Shown here piece after piece: positions 34,006 to 45,067 of a DNA stretch of 46,403 nt (position 1 is its first letter; every line of letters begins with the position of its first letter). A program made the position numbers and the translations under genes. The DNA lies in the IMG/VR virus record IMGVR_UViG_3300044667_000191, positions 1 through 46,403 of that record. One strand, 5' to 3'. This DNA comes from a virus (Duplodnaviria > Caudoviricetes). The notes below the pieces were generated by a model. It worked only from the letters and a program-made list of their open reading frames with translations. It was not told the DNA's origin and did not search any database.

Positions 34006-35196
34006 ATGGGAGCTACGCTCACCACCGCCACAAACATTCTTAAGGAAATTTACGAACCCCGCATTCAAGACCAACTTCAGAATATGCTCACTACCTCAAA
34101 GAGAATTGAGCAGACCTCAGAAGGTGTAACTCAGGATGTTGGTGGTAAGTACGTAGTTTTCCCAATTCACACCAAGCGTAACCCTGGAATTGGTGCTCGT
34201 CAGGAAATGGAAACACTTCCTACAGCAGGTAATCAGGGATATGCGCGTGCGCAGGTCAATTTGGCCTACCTCTATGGCGCAGTAAGACTCTCTGGTCAGA
34301 CAATGGAATTGGCGAAGACAAATGCTCAGGCATTTGCTTCTGTTCTTGATCAGGAGATTAACGGAATTCAGACGGACTTGGCAAAGGATATGAACCGCCA
34401 GATCTATGGAACTTCCGTTGGCGCAATGGCTGTTGCAAATGGTACTTACACTACGACAAATACCTTTCCCACGAATAATACTCAGTACATTGAACGTGGT
34501 CAGGTAATCGATATTTATGATTCCACTGGGGCTACACAGAGAGCCACTGCTCGAAATGTTACTGCCGTCGTAAAGAATACTTCAGTAACTTTTGATGGTG
34601 CTGCTATAACTGGTGCTGCGAACGACATTATCGTTCGCCAGGGAAACCTCAATCGAGAGACAATAGGTCTTCAGCAGATTGTCTCAAACACGGGCACTCT
34701 TTACAATATTGACCCTACGGTTGAAACTCTCTGGCAGTCAATTGTAGATTCTAATAGTGGTACTAACCGTGCACTTTCTGAATCTCTGATGATTAAAACC
34801 GTAGATAACGTCATTACCAATGGTGGCAGCACAACTGCAATTTTCACTACTCTTGGTGTGCGTCGATCTTACTTCAATCTTCTTTCACAGCAGCGTCAGT
34901 ATGTGAACACGCAGAAGTTTGAAGGTGGATTTACGGGCCTCGCATTCACTACGGATAATGGCGAAATTCCAGTCATCTCTGATGTTGACTGTCAGCCGAA
35001 CCGTATGTATTTCCTCAACGAAAAGCAGTTGAAGATTTATCGTGAGGGAGATTGGTCCTTTATGGACATGGATGGCAATAAGTGGCAGCGCGTAATTGGT
35101 GTTGATGCTTATGATGCAACACTTTACAAATACTGCCAGCTCGGCACTCACCGACGTAATTCTCATGCCATTGTTCAGGATGTCACCGAGAGCTAA
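34006..35196 (+). CDS. Major capsid protein
   Basis: 396 aa; strong GGAGG RBS; followed by a terminator; LKEIY.P, DMNRQIYG, I..DVDC patterns. Confidence 0.9.
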   Translation: MGATLTTATNILKEIYEPRIQDQLQNMLTTSKRIEQTSEGVTQDVGGKYVVFPIHTKRNPGIGARQEMETLPTAGNQGYARAQVNLAYLYGAVRLSGQTMELAKTNAQAFASVLDQEINGIQTDLAKDMNRQIYGTSVGAMAVANGTYTTTNTFPTNNTQYIERGQVIDIYDSTGATQRATARNVTAVVKNTSVTFDGAAITGAANDIIVRQGNLNRETIGLQQIVSNTGTLYNIDPTVETLWQSIVDSNSGTNRALSESLMIKTVDNVITNGGSTTAIFTTLGVRRSYFNLLSQQRQYVNTQKFEGGFTGLAFTTDNGEIPVISDVDCQPNRMYFLNEKQLKIYREGDWSFMDMDGNKWQRVIGVDAYDATLYKYCQLGTHRRNSHAIVQDVTES

Positions 35197-35208
35197 TTCT
35201 TTTTCTTG

Positions 35209-35243
35209 AGGCGGCCCTGGTGAATTAACTGGGGCCGCCTTTT
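35209..35243 (+). terminator. Intrinsic terminator after the capsid gene
   Basis: AGGCGGCCC...GGGCCGCCT-TTT. Confidence 0.85.
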
Positions 35244-35260
35244 GGTATAAATGGAGGAAA

Positions 35261-35713
35261 ATGGCAGAAATTGAATCAAGAAATACAATGCTTCAAAACT
35301 CATTTATAAAAAATGGTGATGGCGATTATGCCATTAAGACTGCTCCTGCAAATCCTACTCTTGCCTATGCAACTTCATCAAATAGTAGTGGCGTTGTTAC
35401 TTCACCTGGCGCCGGTGCCTCAATTGCTGCAACAAGTTCAGTTTCAGCAGGCGTTTATGATGTAACAGTAACTGTTTTTATTACTGGCACAACAGCTACA
35501 GCGGATATTAATAATTGCCGTCTTACCGCTGCGGGAAATTCCGTTGGCAGAATTATTGCACCAATCAATGGAACAAGTGGTGCAAATTCGAATGCCGTAA
35601 CCACATTTCGAGTAAATATGGGTTCTAATGGAACTTTTGCAGTAATTGCGGTTGGAGCGGGAACTACTGGAGCTATTTATGCAGCTTCAGTAATTGCCAA
35701 TAGGGTGGCGTAA
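35261..35713 (+). CDS. Ala/Thr/Gly-rich beta protein (capsid decoration or fibre candidate)
   Basis: Composition, position after the capsid gene, GGAGG RBS. Confidence 0.6.
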   Translation: MAEIESRNTMLQNSFIKNGDGDYAIKTAPANPTLAYATSSNSSGVVTSPGAGASIAATSSVSAGVYDVTVTVFITGTTATADINNCRLTAAGNSVGRIIAPINGTSGANSNAVTTFRVNMGSNGTFAVIAVGAGTTGAIYAASVIANRVA

Positions 35714-36231
35714 TGGGTGATAAAAATCTCTCTCATTTGATGGCAAATGGAAATTATTATTTTCCTGAGGGTGGTCATTTCGTCAGCCAGAAGCAAGTCA
35801 GGATTCACCAAATTCTTCAAGATTACGACCCGAATCTTGAATTGCAGTGGATCCCGCCGGACAGGAGATCCGCCGCTGACGTGGCGTTCCGTGTGCTCTG
35901 TAGACCCCCAGGAAGGGCCCCGTATGTCGTTGTGACGGCCTCTGAGGCGGACGAGAGGCTCCTTGCCAGAGTCTTTGAGAGCGACCAGCGTAGAGCCGCA
36001 CAGCGCCTCGGGAAAAATGAGAATTTGCTCAATTTTATAGATAATTACAATAATGCTCTTGAACTCATGAAGGCAAAGGAAAGAGAGGAAGCTCGAAAAG
36101 AAGACCATGAAATTGCAGCGAGAGCATTTGCTAATGAGAAGTCCAGATTCAGGCACAAGGTCAATGGAAGGGTGATTGACTTTGAACGTAGCTCAGATAG
36201 CCAGTCGAGTAAAACGATCATTTGGCGATGA
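35713..36231 (+). CDS. Hypothetical virion-morphogenesis protein
   Basis: TAATG coupling; lies within the structural operon. Confidence 0.7.
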   Translation: MGDKNLSHLMANGNYYFPEGGHFVSQKQVRIHQILQDYDPNLELQWIPPDRRSAADVAFRVLCRPPGRAPYVVVTASEADERLLARVFESDQRRAAQRLGKNENLLNFIDNYNNALELMKAKEREEARKEDHEIAARAFANEKSRFRHKVNGRVIDFERSSDSQSSKTIIWR

Positions 36232-36859
36232 AGCTGGAATTCAAATCACCGATGATGACATAATCGGTTGGATCAATGAGGCTCAAGAGCAAATAGCGAA
36301 TGATAATCAAAGTCTTCTTGAAGCAACCGGAGTGGCAGATATAGTTGCGGGCCAGGCTGATTATACTCCACCAATTGATATGGCAATACTTAGATCGCTT
36401 CAGTATAATGGAATTCATCTAAATAGAATGAGCTTTAATCAATTTAATGAATACCTTGACGGATTCCGTAAAACAAATCCAGCAATTTATGGAAATGGTA
36501 TTCCCGATAATTATATGGTATGGAATAATGTCATAACTCTATTTCCAACCCCTCAAGAAAGTATTTCCAGTGGCCTAGTAATATACTATATTAAGCATCC
36601 CACAATTATTTCAACTTTTGCCGACTCTCTCACCGTTCCGGTGCAATATCATAAAGCAATTGTTGACTATTGTCTTACTCAGGCTTATGAACTTGATGAA
36701 GATGCACAAAAAGCAAACATGAAAAAGTCAGATTACAACGATAATGTAATGAAACTTAACAATAGAAATGAGGAAAGTGAGGAATATTATCCAACGATTA
36801 CCACACTTCCAGAAGATGAAAACTTTGGATCTTGGGGATTTTGGGGAGGATATTCTTAA
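36176..36859 (+). CDS. Tail adaptor (head-to-tail connector)
   Basis: WINEAQ, GQADY.PP.D, ITLFPTP, VP.QYHKAIVDY patterns of podoviral adaptors. Confidence 0.8.
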   Translation: MTLNVAQIASRVKRSFGDEAGIQITDDDIIGWINEAQEQIANDNQSLLEATGVADIVAGQADYTPPIDMAILRSLQYNGIHLNRMSFNQFNEYLDGFRKTNPAIYGNGIPDNYMVWNNVITLFPTPQESISSGLVIYYIKHPTIISTFADSLTVPVQYHKAIVDYCLTQAYELDEDAQKANMKKSDYNDNVMKLNNRNEESEEYYPTITTLPEDENFGSWGFWGGYS

Positions 36860-38571
36860 TGGCAGGAACCACTCTAGTAACCGGTCGAAGAATTCTCTGG
36901 AATGCAGTTCATGAGCTAAAAATTGGACCGTACGCTGGTGGAATAAATCGATATTCTGATGTTTCAGCAATCGCCGATAACGAAATGGCTGATTGTGTTA
37001 ATTTTGACATTGACTTGGATGGATCTCTCAAATCTCGTCCTCCATGGAGACTTCTTTACGGAAATGGGCTTACTCCAGCAATTCCATCTTCTACTGTATA
37101 TAATTCATTTCAACTAGTCCTTGGATCATATACCTATAATAGTATCCGGATGATTTTTTATCATTCAGATATTGCGAATGCTGGTGCCGCTGGCTGTTCT
37201 GTATATTTTGTCGATGGCCCTTCGGCCGGAACTATAAATTTCATTGCTTCTGGTACTTTTAGTAAATCAATTAGATACGGTGACAAGGTATACATAATTC
37301 CCGATGTGAAAAATTCCAATGATAATGGAATTGAATATGATCTGACAAATAATACATTTTCAACAGCACCTCTTAAGCGAGGATATTCTTGCTCCGTTTA
37401 CAAAGATAGACTTTGGATTTCTGGACGGCGAGGTCTTACCCCAGAAAGTCGCTTGTTTTTTTCTGATCCAGGCAATATGAAATCTTTCCAAGCTACAAGT
37501 TTTTTTGACATTAATCCTGGAGACGGTGACGCAACGCAAGATTTGGCAGTTTATCAGGACAACCTAATTATATTCAAGGATTCGGCAACTTATGTCCTAA
37601 CCTTTGACTCCAATCCGGCCCAGGCCGCATTGCAAGTAGTTAATACAGACGTCGGCGTCTCTGGTCCTAGATGTGTAGTTTCCTATGAAAACTCAATATT
37701 CATTCTCCAGTATAATAACGTATATGAAATGGTGAATTACGATTTTACTAGAGTAAGTGTAAAAATTCCTTTTGAGTATGACGCCACTCTTCCAGATCAA
37801 ACCTCAGGGTATTCTTGGAGAGATCCAATTTGGTTGAGTAGAATTGGTGATAGGCTTATCGCGCGATTTTATAATCGTCTTTACGTGTATCACTTGAGGC
37901 TTAGAGCATGGACTAGGTGGGATTCGCAAGATACAAATATTAAATATTTGGGATACGTAGCTCTAATTGATAATACGAATACTGGTTTGCGTCTAGGATA
38001 CAATTCTTATGTTGCAACTTCATCTCTTAATGCTCAGCAAGATTCTTCCAATACTGGACCGGTGACAGATTGGGGAAGTTTTGAAAAATTCTTTATTCTA
38101 GATGATAGATATGAAACTAAATTCACTGAAAATGGAGATGTTACAAAAGTTCCCAAAGATATTAAATGTTCGATGATAACTCGTGCATTCGATATGGGAT
38201 ATTCTCACAGATTTAAGCATTTGATGCACTGGGGAGGCGACGTGATTACCGGTAGAGACGTAACCGGAACGGCATTGCCATTTGCTGTTGATCACAGTGC
38301 ATCTTGGTCTCAACTTGCAAATTACCAATGGCATCAACTAAATACTTGGCAAGTGCCACTATTTCAAGTTCCCAGTACAGTTGTTTCACAGCCAGTTGGT
38401 TCTGGTATAAATCGCAGGTTTATTAGATTTTTGAAGGCTTTGAGATTTCGTTTGATTCAGTTTGAAATTGATATGATAACGGCAGGTAATACCGTAGACG
38501 GGCCAGCTAGGGTATACTCAATAACAGCGTTTGTATCTGCAAGGCAGCTCGCTTCTAAGGCGGTGAATTAA
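36859..38571 (+). CDS. Tail nozzle/stabilisation beta-propeller protein (start ATG 36859)
   Basis: GGIN...NF...DGSLKSR, YKDRLW, RLFFSD, LIIFK repeats; GGAGG RBS. Confidence 0.8.
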   Translation: MAGTTLVTGRRILWNAVHELKIGPYAGGINRYSDVSAIADNEMADCVNFDIDLDGSLKSRPPWRLLYGNGLTPAIPSSTVYNSFQLVLGSYTYNSIRMIFYHSDIANAGAAGCSVYFVDGPSAGTINFIASGTFSKSIRYGDKVYIIPDVKNSNDNGIEYDLTNNTFSTAPLKRGYSCSVYKDRLWISGRRGLTPESRLFFSDPGNMKSFQATSFFDINPGDGDATQDLAVYQDNLIIFKDSATYVLTFDSNPAQAALQVVNTDVGVSGPRCVVSYENSIFILQYNNVYEMVNYDFTRVSVKIPFEYDATLPDQTSGYSWRDPIWLSRIGDRLIARFYNRLYVYHLRLRAWTRWDSQDTNIKYLGYVALIDNTNTGLRLGYNSYVATSSLNAQQDSSNTGPVTDWGSFEKFFILDDRYETKFTENGDVTKVPKDIKCSMITRAFDMGYSHRFKHLMHWGGDVITGRDVTGTALPFAVDHSASWSQLANYQWHQLNTWQVPLFQVPSTVVSQPVGSGINRRFIRFLKALRFRLIQFEIDMITAGNTVDGPARVYSITAFVSARQLASKAVN

Positions 38572-38832
38572 TTGGCGGATATTTTTGGGAATCGAAGAAT
38601 TCCTAACCCAAAGCCTGGGGCTCCGATAAATTTTAATTCATACGCTGCCGGTGATAAGAAATATGGCAGTGGTAGATCTATGCCCAATATCGGCCCAGTG
38701 AGCGGAATGGGCATGATGGGTTATGCAAATAGAGAGCAGAGGGCAAAAGCAAGAAAAGATGCCATAATGAGGCGCCTAAAAGCTCAACAGTCCGGAAATG
38801 TTATGAACTCGAATATTTTGGGGGTGATGTAA
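38572..38832 (+). CDS. Small basic internal virion protein candidate
   Basis: Abuts both neighbours; G/M/R-rich. Confidence 0.65.
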   Translation: MADIFGNRRIPNPKPGAPINFNSYAAGDKKYGSGRSMPNIGPVSGMGMMGYANREQRAKARKDAIMRRLKAQQSGNVMNSNILGVM

Positions 38833-39513
38833 TTGGTGGCTATCCCTGGGCTTAATTCTAATAGCATTTTTGGCACTGGGTATGTAAATCCTTTCAATAA
38901 TTCCCTTAATTCTGTTCCTTCAATATTTTCTCCAGATAGAGTAATTCACAACACAATTGGAGCTAATGCCCCAGGTGGCACTCCAGTGGGAGTACCATTT
39001 CCCACAAGCCCAATTCATCATTTTACAGTCAGGCAAGCAACTGAACCCTCACATATGGTTGGCCCCGGGGGTTCGACTGCGCCCGCGAAAAAGCAACCTC
39101 TTTCTCCTTTGGAAAAATGGCTCGCTGGTGATACTACATATCAGCAGCAATTGGCTGAATTTAATAAGTCAAAAGCTGATGAAACTACGGATTATAACAG
39201 ACAGGTAGGAATAACAAATAGAGATTATGCGCAAACCCAAAGGGAGCTAAATGTTCAAGCACAGAGAGACAGAATGGATCAGCAAAATGATTTTGCTGGT
39301 AGAGGAATTCTTCACTCAGGAGTTTACGCAAAAGCTCTAGGCGACTACAATACTGATCTCAATACTAAACTTCACAATCTTCTAACTGGAAAAAATGATA
39401 AACTCGGCGATTTGGCTAGCGAAAGAAATTCATTCTTGCAGGAACTTCAACTTCAAATGAATGCAGCAAAGCAAGACGCGATTAGGCGCCGTGCGCAATC
39501 TCTCGGTATTTAG
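38833..39513 (+). CDS. Internal virion (ejection) protein candidate
   Basis: Coiled coil with AGRGILHSG; follows the nozzle gene. Confidence 0.7.
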   Translation: MVAIPGLNSNSIFGTGYVNPFNNSLNSVPSIFSPDRVIHNTIGANAPGGTPVGVPFPTSPIHHFTVRQATEPSHMVGPGGSTAPAKKQPLSPLEKWLAGDTTYQQQLAEFNKSKADETTDYNRQVGITNRDYAQTQRELNVQAQRDRMDQQNDFAGRGILHSGVYAKALGDYNTDLNTKLHNLLTGKNDKLGDLASERNSFLQELQLQMNAAKQDAIRRRAQSLGI

Positions 39514-39521
39514 GGAGGTAA

Positions 39522-40814
39522 ATGTCACTTCTCGATATCCTAAATGGCAATAATGTACCACCTGGTTTCATGGGTGATCCAGTTGGAACTGCCCAAGCGA
39601 TTCAGAGAGCAATTGATCAGCAGGTTGCAAATTTGAGAGCAGGCGTAACTCCTCAAAATTCTCCATCAATCGCTCAATTGGGTGGTCCACAAAATTCAGA
39701 TCCTTACCAACAACTTCAACAACAACTCTTTCAGCAGATAAATTCAATTCCATCATATATTACGCCTATGTCTCAATTGCAACAGCAGGCACAGGCTCAA
39801 GTTAATTCTATATATGATCCCCAAATTGCCGCCCTTATCGGCACTATGGAAAATCAGAAAGAGTCAACTAAAAAGAGTCAAAACTCTGCCAAGAATATGT
39901 ACAATAGTCTTGCCCAGGATCTTGCGAGTCAGATTCCTGGAATTACATCTCAAATGAGACAAGCTCAAGATGAGGCTACCAATAGATATGCACAAGCCGC
40001 ACAGCAATCACAACAGGATTATTCTCAACAAGCATCTCAGCAACAGCAAATTCTTAATCAACTTGGTCTACAAAGTGCCCAGCAGGCAACAAGCGCTCAA
40101 AGTGCGGCAGATCAAAACTACTTTAAGCAGCAGAATCAACTTTCAAAAAATCAAACCCTCGACGCACTCCAGCAGCAACAAAATTCCGATGTTGGTTATC
40201 AGAGGAATATCTCTGATAATTCAAGAATGGCCGGAACAAACGCGGTTGAAGATCTCCAAAGACAGCTTGATGATTTCCTTAACCAAGGAAATGTCCAGCT
40301 CGGCACGATCCAGGCGGAAAAATCTAGCCAACTTGGGAATGTTCTCCAGCAGCTTATATCCGCTGATCAGCGCAATGCTCAATCTCAGCGGCAAAACCAA
40401 ATCGACAACATGCTTAAGTTGTTCAATTTCCAGTTGGATGCACAAAAGGCATCTTCCGCCGCAAATAGAAATAATGACATATTCAAGGGAACCAGTGGCC
40501 CGGCTGGAGCCGCTAATTACCTAGCGGAAGCATTGGGTGGAGATCGGAAGAATACTGCAAGTCAAATTCTTCAACTAATTAATGATACAATGGCTGATCC
40601 TAATGTAGTTTCTGGTCACCATCCCGAATTGGATTCTCAGGGAAATCCCATGAAAGATCCAATTACTGGAAAACCGATCACTATGACAAATACAGATCAG
40701 TACATTGAAGATTTGCTTCGCAGTAAAATGGAACAGGCCACGGGAGGTTACAGTACAGGAGATATTAATTCTGCCATTAACGCTCTTTTGGCTTATCTTG
40801 GCAAGCTGAGGTAA
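39522..40814 (+). CDS. Gln-rich internal virion (ejection) protein
   Basis: Very high Q/N helical content; GGAGG RBS. Confidence 0.75.
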   Translation: MSLLDILNGNNVPPGFMGDPVGTAQAIQRAIDQQVANLRAGVTPQNSPSIAQLGGPQNSDPYQQLQQQLFQQINSIPSYITPMSQLQQQAQAQVNSIYDPQIAALIGTMENQKESTKKSQNSAKNMYNSLAQDLASQIPGITSQMRQAQDEATNRYAQAAQQSQQDYSQQASQQQQILNQLGLQSAQQATSAQSAADQNYFKQQNQLSKNQTLDALQQQQNSDVGYQRNISDNSRMAGTNAVEDLQRQLDDFLNQGNVQLGTIQAEKSSQLGNVLQQLISADQRNAQSQRQNQIDNMLKLFNFQLDAQKASSAANRNNDIFKGTSGPAGAANYLAEALGGDRKNTASQILQLINDTMADPNVVSGHHPELDSQGNPMKDPITGKPITMTNTDQYIEDLLRSKMEQATGGYSTGDINSAINALLAYLGKLR

Positions 40815-40825
40815 ATAAGGAGAAG

Positions 40826-43800
40826 ATGAAATACCAGCCCCTTGACTTGAGCTTCATTGCTAATAGAAATTCAGCTCAGCAAGATTCAACCAGAAACATT
40901 GCTCAAATGCTTCTGGCTAATAGTGGCTGGTCTGATTTGGCAAATGCAACTCAAGAACAAATTGCTCAGCAAGTTTCTGCGATGAATGCCCCTCATCGAG
41001 TTAGTGGAATTTCACGTGTACTAGATTTGTTGAGCACTCCAACATACACGATTGCTAATTCACTTGAAAATGCACTCGCAGGTCACCAAAAAGACAATCA
41101 AAATTCGGTTCTTTCAGATATTGGTGATACTCTTCTCGGCGGCACCAAGGGTGCTGGTAAAGGTTTTCTCGCTGGTCTTCGCGGAACATTTGGAACCGAT
41201 TCCGCTGCTGGAAATCCAGCAGATAAAACGCACTTTGTAGATGTTCTTAATCGTCTTAATTTGCATATGTCTACTGACGAAGCGCTTGATCCTGCAAATT
41301 ACGACAAAGTTAAAACTGCATTGTCAAAAATGAAAGTGAATCAACTTGGAGGAAACGGAAAAGATAATCTTTATTACCCAAATGGAGTAACAGATAAAGA
41401 TGTCCAGAATTATTTTAAGAAAATGGGCATCATTGGAATATTTGATGATGTCATCTCTGACCCTCTAAATTTGGTTAATCCTGCCAGCATTTTGGGAGGT
41501 GCCAAGGATGCTATATTTGGTGCACGGAAAACAGCAGATGTAGCAAGTGGCCTTAGAGAAGCAAATAATGCGAATAAATTTGCGGATCAAGGGCGTTTGA
41601 TACCCACTCCCCCGGCTGACATTGTTAAATCTGTCTCTGGAAAACTAAATGCAACACCATACAACCCCTCGGCGACCCAAGGGGTTGGAAAAATTCGCAG
41701 CGTAGGTACAACAATAATTCCAAATGTTGAAAATGACCTTCAATTGGGTAGAAAACTAGCTGATGCTAGAGTAATAGAATACCCCAAAGGTCAAAAGTTT
41801 AATACAACTAGAATTGCTGATCAGAAATTTAGAGCGGAAAACCCAAGCGGTACAGCTCTATCAAGGAAAACGCAAAAAGAACTCTCTAGCAGAATTCTTC
41901 GAATTATTTCTTCTGGGGATCCAGATTGGCTCAATAAGGTATATTCTCAGGTACATAATGCATTTAAGGGTGAATATGTACCTCAACATACTTATGACCT
42001 TTTTGAGCGTGTTAACGCTGTTTCGGAATCTAGAAAAATCCATCCGAAGCAATTTATGAAGCAGCTAGTTGTTGATATACCGCGAAGAATTGCTGCTGAT
42101 TCAACACATGCCGCTATTGAATCTGCTAGAAAAGCTGGTGCAGAAATTTCACCTGCTCAACAGATTGTTAATACCGGTAAAGGTACAGATGTAATTCTGC
42201 AAAAAATGGCAGAATTGCCGAAGCCGTTGAAGTCTAAGCAGACTGATATTGCTGCGAACGTAATCCAAAAATATCAAAGTAGAATCCTAGGGAATCAAGC
42301 TCCCACGACTGAGCGAATCCCTGGGGCAATGAATCGTGCAATCAGTAGCGGTACGAATGCTAGATACTCCGGACCACAGCAAGTAAATATGCTGCAAACT
42401 ATTTTGCATTCGTATCGTCATACTGGTTCACCTAAAAAATTTGATAGTGCCACAAGGATTCTCGAACATATTGAGAATTACTTTAAAGCAAAAGGCGCAA
42501 TTCCTTTTAGTACGGTGAGGATTAGCGAGGGAGTTAATCTAGACCTGTCCAAAGTTCTTAAAGCAATTGGCCCTCAAGCTGCAATGATGAATAGAAATCT
42601 CCTAACAAAAATTTTGGCAGGAGATTCTGATGCAATGGCATCTTTGCCTGCTGACGCAATTCAAAGAATTGAAAATCTCAAAGCTGGTGAAGCTCTCGCT
42701 TCAGCGCCAGGAGTAAAGGCTGGAATCGATCATGGAAAAGAAATTGGCAGTTTGGTGGCCAAGGCTCCAATGGCGCCAGCGAGAAAAATACCGATAATTC
42801 AAAATGTAATTAAGAATACTAAACTTGCCGCGATAAATGCTGGAGGTGGAGAAGCTGGAGCATATATCGCTGGTCGCTACATCCGGGATCATTTCAATAT
42901 GGCTGGGCCGATTGATTTGGTCTATAAGAATACTAAATTGGATACTGCGGCTGTTCTTGCAGAAGCAGCGAAAACAAATGCAAAATTCACAAGGGTCGAT
43001 CCAAAGCAAATCAAAAGACTTAATTCGAGTCTAGCTAGTCAAATGCAGTCTCCGCCCGTGCATCAATTGAGTGGAATAATTGGTGTAGGCGCAAGAGTTG
43101 CTGATTGGTTTGGAGCACGATTCAACGCTGCCTATGGCAATGCAGACTTTCGTCCAATTTTTCTTAAGCACCAGGCATCTGCTTATTCAACTGCTGCCCT
43201 TCGAAGTAGATATATAAATGGCCTTCGCAGACAATTTGGCGCAGACCCTGATCTATGGTCAAATGCTATGAAGTCTGCTCAGGGGAATCTTCCTCCGGTC
43301 GGAATTGACGAAGTGGATGCTCTTTCTCAGGAAATCCAGAAAACCATGGAAAGTCTTTTCGGTGGTTCTGGAATTCGAGAAGGGGCCATGGCGGAAGCTA
43401 CAGTAGCAACTCGATCCCGCCTAACGATGAATGAATTGAATTCATCACTGAAGCGATTCGGCCTCGGTGGGTTTAAATTTACAAATGAAAGCGCAGTAAA
43501 AGATGCTGCCGGAATTTCTCAGGATTACTCTCAAGGAATTGATTGGCTGAAATCCTGGGAAAGCTGGACTATCCAAGACCCATACAAATTTTTGCATCAA
43601 ATTCAGAGTGCAGTCGAGTACGCTGCCCGAGAAAAGCTGATGTTTGATGAAATAGCTTCTCGATTTGGCAGTTTTGCAAAACTTGGTTCCGGGAAAAATG
43701 CTGTCAAGTATGGAATTAATCACCCAAGGCTAAAAGGTGTTTACTTTACAGAAGAAGGCGCTCGTCAAGGAGAGACATTTCTTCGAATGCTAAAGGAAAT

Positions 43801-45067
43801 TAATTCTCCTACATCTAAAGGATTGCAGCACGTTCAGCACGTATTGTCAAAATTTAAGGCAGCAGTTACCGTTTATTGGCCTGCGCATCATGTAAATAAC
43901 CTTATTGGTGATACATTCATGAATTGGTATGCTGGGGTTAATTCAATCACCCCCTATACCATGGCAATCAAGGTGATGCGTTCACAAAAGGGTGTATACA
44001 AAGATATAGAAGAACTGTCAACAATAACTAGCCCTAATGCGCTTCGTGAAGCAATTGAGGGAATGCAAAGCGTTCGCGGACTGAACGCTAAAGCTGTTGG
44101 AAATCAAGTTATCTTTACTATGAGAAATGGGGAGCGCGTCTCAAATGACATGGTTGCAACAGCAGCGAGAAAGGTCGGAATTCTTCCATCCGGTCGGGTG
44201 CTTGAAGACGTGCAAACGGATACCTCTGGAATTCTTGACCGAATCGGATTGCCCGGTCGCTATCGTGGACGCGGGCAGCAATTTGTCCATGCCATGTCTG
44301 AGACCCGCGACCATTTTCCCCGATACGCTCAATTCATAAATGAGCTAATGAATTCTACAAAACCTTTCGAACAGGCAATCGAAGACGCTGGATCTATGGT
44401 TCGAAAGTGGCACCCTGATGGAATGGATATAACTCAATTTGAAAGAAATGTGGCAAAAACTGTTCTTCCTTTTTACTCTTGGATGAGAAAAGCGATTCCG
44501 CTTATGATTGAAACCGCTTTGACTTCACCAGGAAAAATTAAGGCTTATCCTCAACTTATTGAGGCAATACAGATTTATAATGGAATTACACCAGAAGATG
44601 ATATTTCACAGCCGTTCCCGACCGATCAACTTTTTCCGGACTGGCTCCGAGAAAAGGGGATTGGACCAATTATGGGCGGGCCTGGAAATTATACAGTAAT
44701 TAATCCGGCCATTCCATCTCAAGATGTTTTGTCATCTATGTTCGTGCCAAAGAAAACCGCTGAAGGTTATCTTAATCCTTTGATAAAGGATCCAATTGAA
44801 TTGCTTCAGGGTCACGAAATGATGACAGACCAAGGAATTGGCGGAAATAACTCTCAGAGCGTTTTGGATTACCTCCTTAAGCAGACTCCTGTTGTAAATA
44901 ATATAGGTCGAGCAAGTGGTGCTTTTGGAGTAAGTCAAGCAGGGAGCCAAAGTTCTGAAATACAAAATTTGCTAAACCTGCTAGGCGCTAGAATGACAGA
45001 CACTGGGCCATATCAAAAATCTGCTCAATTTGACTTGAGGGAATACTTGAAAAATAGGCGGAAATAA
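40826..45067 (+). CDS. Large internal virion (ejection/DNA translocation) protein
   Basis: 1413 aa; C-terminal LPFYSWMRK-type motif; position typical of the largest podoviral core protein. Confidence 0.75.
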   Translation: MKYQPLDLSFIANRNSAQQDSTRNIAQMLLANSGWSDLANATQEQIAQQVSAMNAPHRVSGISRVLDLLSTPTYTIANSLENALAGHQKDNQNSVLSDIGDTLLGGTKGAGKGFLAGLRGTFGTDSAAGNPADKTHFVDVLNRLNLHMSTDEALDPANYDKVKTALSKMKVNQLGGNGKDNLYYPNGVTDKDVQNYFKKMGIIGIFDDVISDPLNLVNPASILGGAKDAIFGARKTADVASGLREANNANKFADQGRLIPTPPADIVKSVSGKLNATPYNPSATQGVGKIRSVGTTIIPNVENDLQLGRKLADARVIEYPKGQKFNTTRIADQKFRAENPSGTALSRKTQKELSSRILRIISSGDPDWLNKVYSQVHNAFKGEYVPQHTYDLFERVNAVSESRKIHPKQFMKQLVVDIPRRIAADSTHAAIESARKAGAEISPAQQIVNTGKGTDVILQKMAELPKPLKSKQTDIAANVIQKYQSRILGNQAPTTERIPGAMNRAISSGTNARYSGPQQVNMLQTILHSYRHTGSPKKFDSATRILEHIENYFKAKGAIPFSTVRISEGVNLDLSKVLKAIGPQAAMMNRNLLTKILAGDSDAMASLPADAIQRIENLKAGEALASAPGVKAGIDHGKEIGSLVAKAPMAPARKIPIIQNVIKNTKLAAINAGGGEAGAYIAGRYIRDHFNMAGPIDLVYKNTKLDTAAVLAEAAKTNAKFTRVDPKQIKRLNSSLASQMQSPPVHQLSGIIGVGARVADWFGARFNAAYGNADFRPIFLKHQASAYSTAALRSRYINGLRRQFGADPDLWSNAMKSAQGNLPPVGIDEVDALSQEIQKTMESLFGGSGIREGAMAEATVATRSRLTMNELNSSLKRFGLGGFKFTNESAVKDAAGISQDYSQGIDWLKSWESWTIQDPYKFLHQIQSAVEYAAREKLMFDEIASRFGSFAKLGSGKNAVKYGINHPRLKGVYFTEEGARQGETFLRMLKEINSPTSKGLQHVQHVLSKFKAAVTVYWPAHHVNNLIGDTFMNWYAGVNSITPYTMAIKVMRSQKGVYKDIEELSTITSPNALREAIEGMQSVRGLNAKAVGNQVIFTMRNGERVSNDMVATAARKVGILPSGRVLEDVQTDTSGILDRIGLPGRYRGRGQQFVHAMSETRDHFPRYAQFINELMNSTKPFEQAIEDAGSMVRKWHPDGMDITQFERNVAKTVLPFYSWMRKAIPLMIETALTSPGKIKAYPQLIEAIQIYNGITPEDDISQPFPTDQLFPDWLREKGIGPIMGGPGNYTVINPAIPSQDVLSSMFVPKKTAEGYLNPLIKDPIELLQGHEMMTDQGIGGNNSQSVLDYLLKQTPVVNNIGRASGAFGVSQAGSQSSEIQNLLNLLGARMTDTGPYQKSAQFDLREYLKNRRK

